Of a stretch of DNA of 64,000 nt, positions 52,595-64,000 are shown piece by piece. The translations under genes were made by a program, and so were the position numbers. The notes below the pieces were generated by a model. That model worked only from the letters and a program-made list of their open reading frames with translations, searched no databases and was not told the origin of the DNA. The stretch is from Nannocystales bacterium (GTDB lineage: Bacteria; Myxococcota_A; Polyangia; Nannocystales; Nannocystaceae): contig JBOEGF010000036.1 in assembly GCA_050633305.1 (NCBI GenBank), positions 64,001 to 128,000 of the forward strand, read 5' to 3'. Position 1 is the stretch's first letter; the number at the start of each line of letters is the position of its first letter.

Positions 52595-53146
52595 TCAGGG
52601 GCGGTGGCGACCGTCCATCCCGTGGTGCTCGCGGCACATCGCCGTGCTTGTGCCGCGCCTCATCTCCTCCATCATCTCGTCGAGCTCGCTCAGGCAGGCC
52701 GTCATTTCTAGCTGGTGCCGTTGCTCCTCCGCACGGCCGTCCGTGATGTTGGTCTGGCTCATCATCGCGTCTTGGTGACGGCCGCGCTCCGCGTCACACG
52801 TGCCACGCATCTCGATGAGCGCGTCGAGAAGGTCGGGGGCAACGTCCTCGCACATTCCCATGTCCCCAATACCGTGCTCTAGCTCCTCCAAGTGGCCGTG
52901 AAGCGCCCCCTCATGTCCAGCTTCGCTGTTCTGAAGTTCCACGAACTCGGACGTGCGCTCCGCTAAACCTGCGTGCGCGCCGACTTCGACGCGGAGTTCG
53001 TCGATGACAACCTGTGCATCGTCATTTTGATGCAGGAGGGGTTCTCCGTTGTGGGAATCGCATCCGCACAGCCCGACCCAGAGCCCAACAAAAAGGGGCC
53101 CACCGAAGCGCTCCGTCCTTGGTGTCCGTCCCGAAAATTTCACCAT
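52595..53146 (-). CDS. His/Met-rich helical lipoprotein, putative metal-binding
   Basis: GLCGC lipobox; HEGALHGHLEELEH, HQDAMM, CREHHGM. Confidence 0.65.
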   Translation of the reverse strand: MVKFSGRTPRTERFGGPLFVGLWVGLCGCDSHNGEPLLHQNDDAQVVIDELRVEVGAHAGLAERTSEFVELQNSEAGHEGALHGHLEELEHGIGDMGMCEDVAPDLLDALIEMRGTCDAERGRHQDAMMSQTNITDGRAEEQRHQLEMTACLSELDEMMEEMRRGTSTAMCREHHGMDGRHRP

Positions 53147-53668
53147 ATCGATTGGAGCGTAGCCTTCGCCGGGGTGGGGGCGCGCGAAAGTCCTGCGCGG
53201 CCTCGGGCTTTGAGGCGGCGATAGGGGCACAGGAAACCATGCGCGGGCGACGGCGACCCGGACGGCTATCTGCGTGCGGCGTCACGTTCAGTTTCTACTG
53301 ACTCCTCCGGCCGAGCTTCGACGTGCCCGCGCCAAGCGGGATGACGTCCGACCGAGTCGCTCGCCCGTCACAGCGACCGCGGGTTCGCAACTTGTACTCA
53401 AAGGGTTGTCACAGCGCGTCGTGGGCCTTTTTGGTCAATCTGTGCTTTCCACGTTCCGTGGCCGCGGTCCGTCGAGCAAATGCGACCGCGGACGTACTCG
53501 AGCTGGTCAAGAGGCGGCGTACCTCATGGTCATACTTGTCTCCCGCGCGGCGCAACGCCGCGTTCCCATGCCGGTGACCGTCGAGGACACCGCGTCGCCG
53601 GGCAGGGTGCAGCATCTTCGGGGTGCCGGCACGCCTCAGCGGCTAGCATCTCACGAAGGAGTTCACCC

Positions 53669-54019
53669 ATGACGAGCCAAAGCCGAAAGAAGCGAAGCGC
53701 AGAATCTGAGCCAGCGGGAGCACGAGGTACCGTGGACGATGCGACAACTCGTTTTACATTCCTCGCTCCGCAAGCGAAAGAGGTGCTCCTTGCCGGCTCG
53801 TTCAACGAGTGGACGCTGAGCGCAACACCCATGCTGCGTGGCGATGATGGTGTGTGGACAGTGCGCGTTCCTCTTGCGCCGGGTCGGCACGAATACAAGT
53901 TCGTCGTCGACGGGACATGGTGCTGTGAGCCACCCGGACAAGAACCTCACGCGGACGCGACGGAGCGCGTAGCGAACGAGTTCGGGACGATGAACCGAGT
54001 CCTGCACGTGGGCCCGTGA
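53669..54019 (+). CDS. Stand-alone glycogen-binding CBM48/AMPK-beta-like domain protein
   Basis: AKEVLLAGSFNEW...GVW...LAPGRHEYKFVVDG.W; AAGGAG RBS. Confidence 0.88.
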   Translation: MTSQSRKKRSAESEPAGARGTVDDATTRFTFLAPQAKEVLLAGSFNEWTLSATPMLRGDDGVWTVRVPLAPGRHEYKFVVDGTWCCEPPGQEPHADATERVANEFGTMNRVLHVGP

Positions 54020-54026
54020 GGTCGCG

Positions 54027-56198
54027 ATGTCGTCGCAGAAACGGACGCGGAGCGCTCATCCTGCGATGAGCGCTCCGCTCACCTGTTTGCATTGCAGCAA
54101 GACGGCCTCGCCCGAGCAGTTGCGGGCGTATCCAACCAGTACGCGCTGGGAGTCCAGGAACGGCAGATCCTCCCCGCTGGGAGTGAGTTGGATGGTCCGT
54201 GAGCAGGCGTACAACTTCGCGCTCTACTCAAAACACGCGCACAGCGTTCGGCTGCTCCTGTACGACTCGGAGGACCTGGTGACACCCGTGCTCGAGCGCG
54301 ACTTCGTCGTGCCGCGCAACAAGACAGGGCCGATCTGGCACTGTCGAATTCGTCGAGTCGAGGCTCAAGATGGCCACTACTACGCGTATCGCGTCTTCGG
54401 CGGCAACGCAGTCGACGTCCACGGAAGGTCGGACGAGGCGAAACTCCTGCTCGATCCCTACGCAAAGTCGGTCTTCTTTCCGCCGGGGTTCAGTCGCGAG
54501 GCCGCACAGACTCCCGGATCGAACGCTGGGATCGCGCCGCTTGCTCTGCTCAACGAATGCCGCTGCGTCGGCTCGACGAGAGCGTCGCCGCCGATGCGAC
54601 ATGCGTCAGACCTGGTGATCTATGAAATGCACGTGCGCGGGTTCACCCAGCATCGGTCATCCGGGGTGACACCCAAGAGCCGGGGCACGTTCGAAGGGAT
54701 CGTGCAAAAGATTCCCTACCTCCAGCAGCTCGGCGTCACGGCGGTGGAGCTGATGCCGGTCTTTCAGTTTGATCCCGGCGAGGATAACTACTGGGGGTAC
54801 ATGCCGCTCAACTTCTTCGCGGTGCATCACTCGTACGCGACGGAGCCAGATGCTTGCGCGCAACGAAAGGAGTTCCGGGCCATGGTGGATGCGCTCCACA
54901 CGGCGGGAATCGAAGTCCTCCTCGACGTCGTGTACAATCATACAACCGAGGGGGACCAGCGTGGTCCCACGTACAGTTTCCGCGGCATCGACGGCCGTAC
55001 CTACTACCTTCTCTCTGGCGCCGAAGACCAGCCGTACGCCAACTTCACCGGGACGGGAAATACCCTAAACACGAGCGAGCCGGCTGTTCGCCAACTTGTC
55101 CTGGACAGCCTGCGGTACTGGGTGTCCGAAATGGGAGTCGACGGGTTTCGTTTTGATTTGGCTTCAGTCTTCGCCCGGCGCGCGGATGGGAGCCTCGCGA
55201 CCGACGAGGCTCCCATCTTCGCGCAGATCGCCGACGATCCGGTCCTGTCGCAGGCGCGACTCATCGCCGAGCCATGGGACGCGGCCGATGCCTACCTCTT
55301 GGGCCACCGTTTCCCGGGTACGACGTGGATGCAATGGAACGCTGCGTATCGCGACGCCCTTCAGAGGTTCGTGCGGGGCGATGCGGGCTATGTCGCGGAA
55401 ACAATGACTCGGATGTACGGCAGCTCCGACCTGTTTCCCGATGATCGCGCCCACTCCCTCCGACCGTTTCAGAGCCTCAACTATGTCGCTTCGCACGACG
55501 GTCTAACGCTGTACGACTTGGTCTCCTACCAGGCCCAGCGCAACTGGGCGAACGGGCACGACAACCGCGATGGCCACCGGGATTTCAGCTGGAACGGCGG
55601 TCATGAGGGTGATGAGGGAGCTTCCGACACCGTGCTCGCTGTGCGCAAGCGGCAGGCAAAGAACTTGATGTGCCTGCTGCTGCTCTCAAACGGTACGCCG
55701 ATGATCCGCATGGGCGACGAGTTCCTGCACACCCAGTCCGGCAACTCGAACCCGTACAACCAGGACAATGAAACCAGCTGGCTCGACTGGGGACGCCTCG
55801 ATCGCAACGCAGACTTCTTTCGCTTCTCTGGGCTGTTGATTGCGTTTCGGAAGGCGCACCCTTCGCTTTGCCGCGCCGAGTTCTGGCGCGACGACGTCAC
55901 TTGGCTCGGCCCTCAGGGAGCCGTCGACTTTTCATCGGGATCGCACACGTTCGCGTTCCTGCTCGACGGGCAGTCGGAGGGGGACGACGACCTCCTCGTG
56001 ATGGTCAACATGGGGACCAGCGCTGTCAATTTTGGTTTTCCCGCTGCCCGAGGTCGGGACTGGTTGCGCTGCATCGACACCTCGCTGCCGACGCCCAGCG
56101 ACATCGTCGAAGCCGGCACCGAGGACTCTCTCGCGGGAGACTGCTACCCGCTGGCGGCCAGGAGTGTGGCCGTGTTGCTGGGAACAAACGCGGGATGA
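54027..56198 (+). CDS. glgX: Glycogen debranching enzyme/isoamylase (GH13)
   Basis: IYEMHVRGFT, NYWGY, DVVYNH, DGFRFDLA, AEPW, SHDG, NPYNQDNE. Confidence 0.93.
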   Translation: MSSQKRTRSAHPAMSAPLTCLHCSKTASPEQLRAYPTSTRWESRNGRSSPLGVSWMVREQAYNFALYSKHAHSVRLLLYDSEDLVTPVLERDFVVPRNKTGPIWHCRIRRVEAQDGHYYAYRVFGGNAVDVHGRSDEAKLLLDPYAKSVFFPPGFSREAAQTPGSNAGIAPLALLNECRCVGSTRASPPMRHASDLVIYEMHVRGFTQHRSSGVTPKSRGTFEGIVQKIPYLQQLGVTAVELMPVFQFDPGEDNYWGYMPLNFFAVHHSYATEPDACAQRKEFRAMVDALHTAGIEVLLDVVYNHTTEGDQRGPTYSFRGIDGRTYYLLSGAEDQPYANFTGTGNTLNTSEPAVRQLVLDSLRYWVSEMGVDGFRFDLASVFARRADGSLATDEAPIFAQIADDPVLSQARLIAEPWDAADAYLLGHRFPGTTWMQWNAAYRDALQRFVRGDAGYVAETMTRMYGSSDLFPDDRAHSLRPFQSLNYVASHDGLTLYDLVSYQAQRNWANGHDNRDGHRDFSWNGGHEGDEGASDTVLAVRKRQAKNLMCLLLLSNGTPMIRMGDEFLHTQSGNSNPYNQDNETSWLDWGRLDRNADFFRFSGLLIAFRKAHPSLCRAEFWRDDVTWLGPQGAVDFSSGSHTFAFLLDGQSEGDDDLLVMVNMGTSAVNFGFPAARGRDWLRCIDTSLPTPSDIVEAGTEDSLAGDCYPLAARSVAVLLGTNAG

Positions 56199-56291
56199 CC
56201 GACTGCACTTGCTGATTCGCCGCACCGGCCATTCTTAGCCTCCAGGTCGGTTCCTGCTGCCCAGCTCGGAGGGTGACGGTCGGGGGGCGCG

Positions 56292-57161
56292 TCACCGGCG
56301 GCCCCGCTCATCGAGCGCGGCCGCCGACCATCGCATGTCGCAGACCCCGTCCCCGCGCGACAATGTGTGGCGGCGTGCATAGTGCCCGCGCTCGAACGGG
56401 CCTGCGCCGGCGAGCAGGTCGGCCGCCGGCCAGTCGTACAGGCACCACGATTGGTAAAACGCGTCCGCTTCTCCCCGATCGCCGTTCTCGGCGACGTAGC
56501 GCTCGACAAAGCCGAATGGCGCGCAGTAGCTCCAGTCGGTGTGGAGACACCCGTTGATCGAGCGGGTCGTGACCTCGTATCCAGGCCGCCCAGGGGCGCT
56601 AAAAGGGAAGCGCATCAGCGAGCGCAGCGCCACGTCGATCCGGCGCTGCGGGTCTCGGGTGACGACCCGGCCAAACGAGAGCGGGATCCGGATCATGCGC
56701 TCATAGACTTTCCAGCCCACGTCGGCGAAGAGCTCGCACGCATACGCGCGCTCGATACCAGCAGCGATCAGCGCGTGGTAGGCCGCCACCGTCAAGACGG
56801 CAAGGAACACATTGCAACGATTGCCCAGGGTCGGGGCGCGCACGTACGAGCTCGATGCCAGGATCGCTGCGACACGCCGCCACATGTCGGCAAGGAAGGC
56901 GTCGACGTCGGGCCCTAAGAACCGTCCAGCCGCTGGATCACTGCGACTGACCCGGCGGCCCTGCAGGGTCTGCCGAGCCGCGCGCCGAACGATGCCGCGG
57001 AGTAGTCGGGCCAGCACGCGTTCGAGCGTGTTCCGTGCAGCGGCGTTCGGAGCGGGCGCTCCGCCCTGGTTCTTGGCCGGTGCAGCCAAAGGTAGGTGCA
57101 CGCGCCGTCTCTCGGAGTCACGCGTGCCGCCGGATTCGGTAGTCTCGTCGGTGGCCATCAC
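56292..57161 (-). CDS. ATC-hydrolase-like family protein (L-2-amino-thiazoline-4-carboxylate hydrolase-like)
   Basis: D...C...WCLYDW...YARRHTLSRGDGVCDMRW C-terminal pattern. Confidence 0.6.
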   Translation of the reverse strand: MMATDETTESGGTRDSERRRVHLPLAAPAKNQGGAPAPNAAARNTLERVLARLLRGIVRRAARQTLQGRRVSRSDPAAGRFLGPDVDAFLADMWRRVAAILASSSYVRAPTLGNRCNVFLAVLTVAAYHALIAAGIERAYACELFADVGWKVYERMIRIPLSFGRVVTRDPQRRIDVALRSLMRFPFSAPGRPGYEVTTRSINGCLHTDWSYCAPFGFVERYVAENGDRGEADAFYQSWCLYDWPAADLLAGAGPFERGHYARRHTLSRGDGVCDMRWSAAALDERGRR

Positions 57162-57174
57162 ACTCCGATTTCGT

Positions 57175-58065
57175 CTAGCGGCTGCTTCGACCGCGTCCGC
57201 CTTTGAACGGGGCGCGTTGAGCCACGGACCCAGCGAAGAGTTCCTGGAGTTCGTTGGTGATCCCTTCCTGACGGAGGCGATTCAGTTCGATCCGCATGTC
57301 GTCGAGCCGATCGTCCAATGTGTGGATCGCAGCATCGGTTGTACGCAACCGTGCGTCGTGCTCGGCGGTCAGTGACTCCAGGGCGCACCGGTAGATCGCA
57401 GCGTACGTCCACTCCAGCAACGAGGCCTCGAGAACGCTCTGCAGCGGTTCGTAACTGAGAGGTCCGTAGCCAGCCGACTTGCGGACAACTGCCGGCGCGC
57501 CCGTGGCGGGCGTGGGTCGTGGAGGGTACACGCGCAGGGCGGTCGCTTGGTCCTCAGGATCGTCGACGTGCCGGTTGTAGACCACCTCCACGCGACAGCA
57601 CTCCCCCCCAGGAAGCTCTCGCTCGAGATGTGTCGCCAACGTCCCCACGATCTTGTCTACCCCGTGAACGGATACGGGCGCATCGTGGGCGAAGTCGACT
57701 CGATGCCCTGCAGCCTCAAGCTGCGCCCGAGTGCGTCGGCCCACAGCGACGACCAGCCGTACCTCTGCGTGCAGGCGATGGATGCGAGCCACGGCACGTT
57801 CCACCAGGTGACGCGTCAGGGCGCCGCACATGCCCTGGTCGCTACCCAACACGATCAGCATCACGCGGACCGGGTCGGGCTGTGTGATCGGCTCGAACCC
57901 GGAGGTGAGCAGCCCGCGCGCGATCGAGTTCTCGTACTTGCGAACCGTCTGCAACGCGGCATGTCCTCTGCGTAGCTGGACGCCGGACAGTGCCCGCATG
58001 GATACGAGGATCTCTCGCACTGCTAGTGAGTTGTCCCGTCGCCGCTGAAGTGTCGTCTCGTCCAT
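57175..58065 (-). CDS. atpG: N-ATPase gamma subunit
   Basis: GSDQGMCG, AEHDARL, RQEGITNELQE. Confidence 0.9.
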   Translation of the reverse strand: MDETTLQRRRDNSLAVREILVSMRALSGVQLRRGHAALQTVRKYENSIARGLLTSGFEPITQPDPVRVMLIVLGSDQGMCGALTRHLVERAVARIHRLHAEVRLVVAVGRRTRAQLEAAGHRVDFAHDAPVSVHGVDKIVGTLATHLERELPGGECCRVEVVYNRHVDDPEDQATALRVYPPRPTPATGAPAVVRKSAGYGPLSYEPLQSVLEASLLEWTYAAIYRCALESLTAEHDARLRTTDAAIHTLDDRLDDMRIELNRLRQEGITNELQELFAGSVAQRAPFKGGRGRSSR

Positions 58066-58069
58066 GGGG

Positions 58070-59587
58070 TCATGCCTCTTCGAGCAACGAGCGGACGGCT
58101 CGTCTCAGGTCGTCGGTTGGAGGCGGCCCCTCGGCGAGCGCATGGCGAAATTCTTCTGAGCGTCCGGCGATTCCGGCCAAGAGTCTGTCGACGTGAGCTG
58201 CGACTTCTTCCGTTGCAAGGTTGTCGAAACAACCCTCCTCGAGCGCAACGAGCAGCGCGACCTGCTGCGCCGGCGACCGCGGCCGTCCCGGACCTTGTTT
58301 GAGCAGCTCTCGAATCCGCTCGCCGCGCGCCAGTAGGCGTTGGGTGGAGGCATCAACCCGGCCGCCAAACCGGCTGAAAACCTCGATTTCGCGGAACCGA
58401 GCCGCATCGAGTCGCAGCTTGCTCGCGACCGCTTTCATCGCCGGTCTCTGGGTTCTACCGCCCACGCGAGACACACTCAGGCCGACGTCCACGGCGGGTT
58501 TGACGCCGCGGTCGAACGCCATCGGGTCAAGATACAGCTGCCCGTCCGTGATCGAGATCAGGTTTGTCGGAATGAAGTCGCTGATGCGCCCGGCATGGGT
58601 CTCCGCGATGGGGAGCATCGTGAGCGAGCCGCCCCCTTTTCTGTCGCTGAGCCGGGTGCCTCGCTCAAGCAGCCGGGAGTGCACGTAGAAGATATCCCCC
58701 GGGTAGGCCTCGCGCCCTGGAGGTCTGCGTAGCAGCAACGCGAGTTCCCGATACGCGACAGCATGCTCGGTCAAGTCGTCGAAGATGATGAGAGCTTCCT
58801 CGCCCCGGTCACGGAAGTACTCGGCGATCGTGCAGCCCGCGTAGGGAGCAATGAATCGGAACCCCGGGGTGCTCGACGGAGGGGCAATCACCACCACCGT
58901 GTTTTGGAGCGCATCGTGGCGCCGCAAACGATCCAGAAGCTGAACGACCGACGACGACTGTTGCCCGATCGACACGATGACACAGCGCACTCCTGTGTCT
59001 CGCTGGTTGAGCACTGCATCGATCGCAAGCGTTGACTTGCCGGTACCCCGGTCCCCGACGATGAGTTCTCGTTGCCCGCGCCCGATCGGGAACAAGGCGT
59101 CGACGGCGGTGATCCCCGTCGAGAGCGGCTCACGGACTGCCGCGCGGTCCACCAGCGGCGGCGCCGGGCGCTCGATGGGCCAAGCCTCAACGTTCGCCCA
59201 GTCGGGGCCACCGTCAGCGGGTCGCCCCAGAGGATCGACGACGCGCCCGAGCAACTCGTCTCCAACCGGGACACAGAGCACGTCACCCGTGCCCACCACA
59301 ACATCACCAACGTGGACGCCGTCCGGATCATCGAGCAACGCGACGCCGAGCTCGTCCTCATCCAGATCGAGCACTATTCCGGGACGGCCTTCGCCGATGG
59401 TCACTCGCTCGGACAGAGCCGCGCCGGGCAAGCCAGAAATCCGGGCCACGCCGTCGGCGATCGACACGACGTGTCCGACTGAGGTGCTATGCGGCTGGAA
59501 CGCATACTGTTCCGCGGCTGCCCCGAGCCGTCCCGCGATGTCGTCGAGCCGGCCCGCGTCGCCGTCGTCCGGCGGAGGAGCGATCAT
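58070..59587 (-). CDS. atpA: N-ATPase alpha subunit
   Basis: DGVARISGL, GRGQRELI, GDRGTGKS, RRPPGREAYPGD, PTNLISITDGQ. Confidence 0.95.
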   Translation of the reverse strand: MIAPPPDDGDAGRLDDIAGRLGAAAEQYAFQPHSTSVGHVVSIADGVARISGLPGAALSERVTIGEGRPGIVLDLDEDELGVALLDDPDGVHVGDVVVGTGDVLCVPVGDELLGRVVDPLGRPADGGPDWANVEAWPIERPAPPLVDRAAVREPLSTGITAVDALFPIGRGQRELIVGDRGTGKSTLAIDAVLNQRDTGVRCVIVSIGQQSSSVVQLLDRLRRHDALQNTVVVIAPPSSTPGFRFIAPYAGCTIAEYFRDRGEEALIIFDDLTEHAVAYRELALLLRRPPGREAYPGDIFYVHSRLLERGTRLSDRKGGGSLTMLPIAETHAGRISDFIPTNLISITDGQLYLDPMAFDRGVKPAVDVGLSVSRVGGRTQRPAMKAVASKLRLDAARFREIEVFSRFGGRVDASTQRLLARGERIRELLKQGPGRPRSPAQQVALLVALEEGCFDNLATEEVAAHVDRLLAGIAGRSEEFRHALAEGPPPTDDLRRAVRSLLEEA

Positions 59588-60300
59588 TGCAACCTCGCAA
59601 GCGCATGGGTGATCTGCCTGCGCACGCTGCCGTCCAGCACGGTATCCCCGGCGACGAGTTGCGCGCCGGCGATCAAACTCGCGTCGATTCGAGTCACGGG
59701 CGACTTGAAGATTCGCTCGGCCGCACAATGCAAGGCGCGTGGCACGGGACCGCGCGCAACTACCAGAGAGAATCCACTGGCACCGGCCCGCGTCAGTTCG
59801 TCGCGTTGGTCCGCCGACAGATTCGCCAGATGATCCGCGAACCGCTGGCAGGTCACCACGTGTAGATTCGCCACGTCGCCGAGTTCCCGCAGCAACCCCG
59901 CCAAGAGCTGGGTCAGTGCCGGCGCGAGGCCCTGCAGAAAGTGAGATTGTTGCCGTGCCTGCTCGTCTAGGGCGCTTGCAAGCAGCGTGTCGCGCTCAGA
60001 CCGTGATTGTTCCCGGGCTTGTTCTACGATCCGGAGCCGTTCTGCGTCCGCCTGGGCACGGGCCTCCTCGAGGGCTGAACGACGAACACGTCGGGCCTCG
60101 CGGAGCTCTGAATCGATGGTCATCTGGCTCTTCGCGAGCTCCTGCTGGCCGGTAGCGACCTCCGCCAGATCTCGCGAGATCCGAGCCGCCCTGTCTTGCA
60201 TGTGCCGACGGAGTGGGCGAAGCAGCAGTCGCCATAGCAAGACGACGAGCACCAAGAAGTTGACGCTCTGAAAGAGCAGCGTCGGCAGGTCGACGCTCAC
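59584..60300 (-). CDS. atpF: N-ATPase b subunit with delta-like C-terminal extension
   Basis: QSVNFLVLVVLL..LL.RPL; coiled coil; IDASLIAG. Confidence 0.9.
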   Translation of the reverse strand: MSVDLPTLLFQSVNFLVLVVLLWRLLLRPLRRHMQDRAARISRDLAEVATGQQELAKSQMTIDSELREARRVRRSALEEARAQADAERLRIVEQAREQSRSERDTLLASALDEQARQQSHFLQGLAPALTQLLAGLLRELGDVANLHVVTCQRFADHLANLSADQRDELTRAGASGFSLVVARGPVPRALHCAAERIFKSPVTRIDASLIAGAQLVAGDTVLDGSVRRQITHALARLQ

Positions 60301-60560
60301 TTGACGAGCTCGAGGAGCGGGTTGGCGAACAAGATGATGAGCGCGATGACCAGCGCGTAGATCGCCGTCGATTCCACCATCGCCATGCCGACGAACAGCG
60401 TGCTTCTAATCCGCTCCGATTCGTCGGGTTGACGAGAGATAGCTTCCAGGGCCTGGGCTAGAGCCTGCCCCTCCCCTCTGGAGGGGCCGTACCCCCCGAT
60501 GGCGATGGTGATTCCGGCGGTGAAGATGCTGACGCAGACGACGATTCCGAGAACGGTCAT
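60297..60560 (-). CDS. atpE: N-ATPase c subunit with Na+-binding signature
   Basis: GEG, RQP loop, ESTAIY. Confidence 0.95.
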   Translation of the reverse strand: MTVLGIVVCVSIFTAGITIAIGGYGPSRGEGQALAQALEAISRQPDESERIRSTLFVGMAMVESTAIYALVIALIILFANPLLELVK

Positions 60561-61255
60561 GATGGCTCTGTCCTTGCAGGTTGAAGGTCCATCGGCGGGA
60601 CGCCGAGGGCGGATGCGATGTAGACCATCGCCAGAAGGGTGAAGACGTAGGCTTGAATGAAACCGATGAGCAGCCCGAAGAGCTGCATCGGAACGGGTAC
60701 CAGCAGGCCGCTCAGAAGAACTAGCACCGCGACGACAAGCTCACCCGAAAGCGTGTTGCCGAACAGTCGCAGGGCTAATGCGATCGTGCGGGTGACCTCG
60801 CTGATGACATTGAACGGCAGCAGCACCCAGGACGGTTTTACGTAGGTCCTAAGGTAGCGAGCCGGACCCGCAAGGCGCCAGCCATAGACGTGGACCGAGA
60901 CGAATACGATGCCGGCGAGAGCCAGCGGCGTGTTCAGGTCGCGGGTCGGCGAGCCAACGCCGGGAACGAGGGCGACGACGCTCGCTGCGGCCAGGAATAC
61001 GGCCAAAGTATAGATGAGGGGAAGGAAGTGACGAGGGTCGTAGCTGGTCGACTCGCAAATCAACGATTCCGCCGCTTCGAGGGTCGCCTCCATCGCGTTC
61101 TGCAGCGGCCGGGGTCGGTCCGACAGTCGCCTCGTCGACAGCCAACTGGCCACGGCGAGCAAGGCCATGATCGCCCATGTGACAACCACAGTGTCGCGGA
61201 CCGCTATGCCGGCGACCTCGAACACCGCGTACGGAAAGACGCCCTCAATCTCCAC
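60557..61255 (-). CDS. atpB: N-ATPase a subunit
   Basis: PTRDLNT, RTIALALRLFGN, IQAYVFTLLAMVYI. Confidence 0.93.
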   Translation of the reverse strand: MEIEGVFPYAVFEVAGIAVRDTVVVTWAIMALLAVASWLSTRRLSDRPRPLQNAMEATLEAAESLICESTSYDPRHFLPLIYTLAVFLAAASVVALVPGVGSPTRDLNTPLALAGIVFVSVHVYGWRLAGPARYLRTYVKPSWVLLPFNVISEVTRTIALALRLFGNTLSGELVVAVLVLLSGLLVPVPMQLFGLLIGFIQAYVFTLLAMVYIASALGVPPMDLQPARTEPS

Positions 61256-61517
61256 GTCTCAACTCCAGACAAATGAGCAAGCGCCGAGCGACATCGAAGC
61301 CAACAAGGCTTGCGACGACCGCGGTGCCCCACAATGCCGGCACGAACAAGGCACCTGACACCGCTCCCCAGCGCACAAGTCGGCGGCTCGGCGATACGCC
61401 GGATCTGCACTGCGGGCCGCTCGCCAGGAGGATGGTATCGCGTCGGACCAACCACAAGAACGCGGCACCAACCACGCCTCCCCACGAGACCGCGACGATG
61501 CAGGTCGGGACGTCCAT
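61245..61517 (-). CDS. atpR: N-ATPase AtpR subunit
   Basis: 90-aa membrane ORF between atpQ and atpB; LVR and GF..ARR; overlaps both neighbours. Confidence 0.75.
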   Translation of the reverse strand: MDVPTCIVAVSWGGVVGAAFLWLVRRDTILLASGPQCRSGVSPSRRLVRWGAVSGALFVPALWGTAVVASLVGFDVARRLLICLELRRGD

Positions 61518-61782
61518 CACTGACGGGCTCCGATCACGAACTTCCACACGGCGTAGACTCCCGCGCACAGACCCAGGAGAAGGCCGGCCAGGGCGTAGGT
61601 CACGCCTCCCCCCGAGCGCATATCCAGAAGATGCCCACCGAAGGCGCCTGCAACGGTCGGCAGGGCGAGCATCCAGCCCACCGCGCCGATCATCCCCACG
61701 GAGGCCCAGACGCCTCGCGGACGACTTCGAGCCAACTGCATCCGACGGGCCTTCTCCGAGACCTCGCGCCGAGCGGCTGGTT

Positions 61783-61786
<4 letters not shown>
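61517..61786 (-). CDS. atpQ: N-ATPase AtpQ (AtpZ/AtpI-family)
   Basis: GMIGAVGW.LALPT..GAF.G..LD. Confidence 0.88.
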
Positions 61787-63638
<1,852 letters not shown>

Positions 63639-64000
63639 TCAATCAGCTCGCGACATGTATGGGAGGGGCATTCACAGGGGTCGATACGTCCGTTGTGCGC
63701 TGTGTGTCGGCACTCTTGATGCCGTCGTGCACAGACGGTACAGGCCCCGGGACGACACCACCGCGAAGATGGTGCCGGAGTGGTGATGGGTAGCGTGACC
63801 GCGCCGGTCACTGCTGATGCACACTTCGTCGCAGGTCCGGGATCGCCCCGGAGAAGTGGACGGTTGTCAGGCGGTTCTCGCAGCCTGAGGGTTGAGTTGA
63901 CGGACTCGAAGTTCCGGGGCTTCCGTTTGGGACTTTGGACTCCGATTCTCCGTAAGTTCGGCGTCCACAGAACCGGTGAGCTACACCTGACAGAGGGGGA

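Overview
High-GC window that looks myxobacterial (inference from the lipoprotein families, CFI-box protein and IS types). It has four blocks. (1) 1-22 kb is an anti-phage defence-like island: a HEXXH metalloprotein, DUF3800, a two-gene module pairing a Gly-N-terminal protein (MGHIRLG...) with a QatC-type QueC fused to a putative DNA-binding domain and followed by tandem palindromes, an hsdR relic, a Zn-ribbon-HEPN protein, an Avs2-like nuclease-STAND NTPase, and a SNF2 helicase (split by one extra base)-SbcD-SbcC operon. (2) 22.4-41 kb is a copper/heavy-metal island: two paralogous His/Cys lipoproteins, c-type cytochromes, a HAMP kinase, an NtrC-like regulator lacking GAFTGA, a K+ channel pore, a Cys/RAPP leader ORF with an operator-like palindrome, TolC-CusB-CusA, CopA and DUF5676. 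(3) 41-52.5 kb is a graveyard of mobile elements: a group II intron RT fragment, a pheA scrap, IS91, ISNCY, an IS3 with a nested IS30, and a second IS30 relic, around a CFI-box-CTERM gene and Cys-rich lipoproteins. (4) 52.6-64 kb holds a His/Met-rich lipoprotein, CBM48 plus glgX, and a complete N-type ATPase operon atpDCQRBEFAG with a Na+-binding c subunit. No rRNA, tRNA or CRISPR array was seen. The best candidate for an undescribed system is the Gly-partner/QueC-DNA-binding fusion with its operator-like repeats (4208-7222); the SNF2-SbcD-SbcC operon is second. All family assignments come from motif recognition, not database searches.
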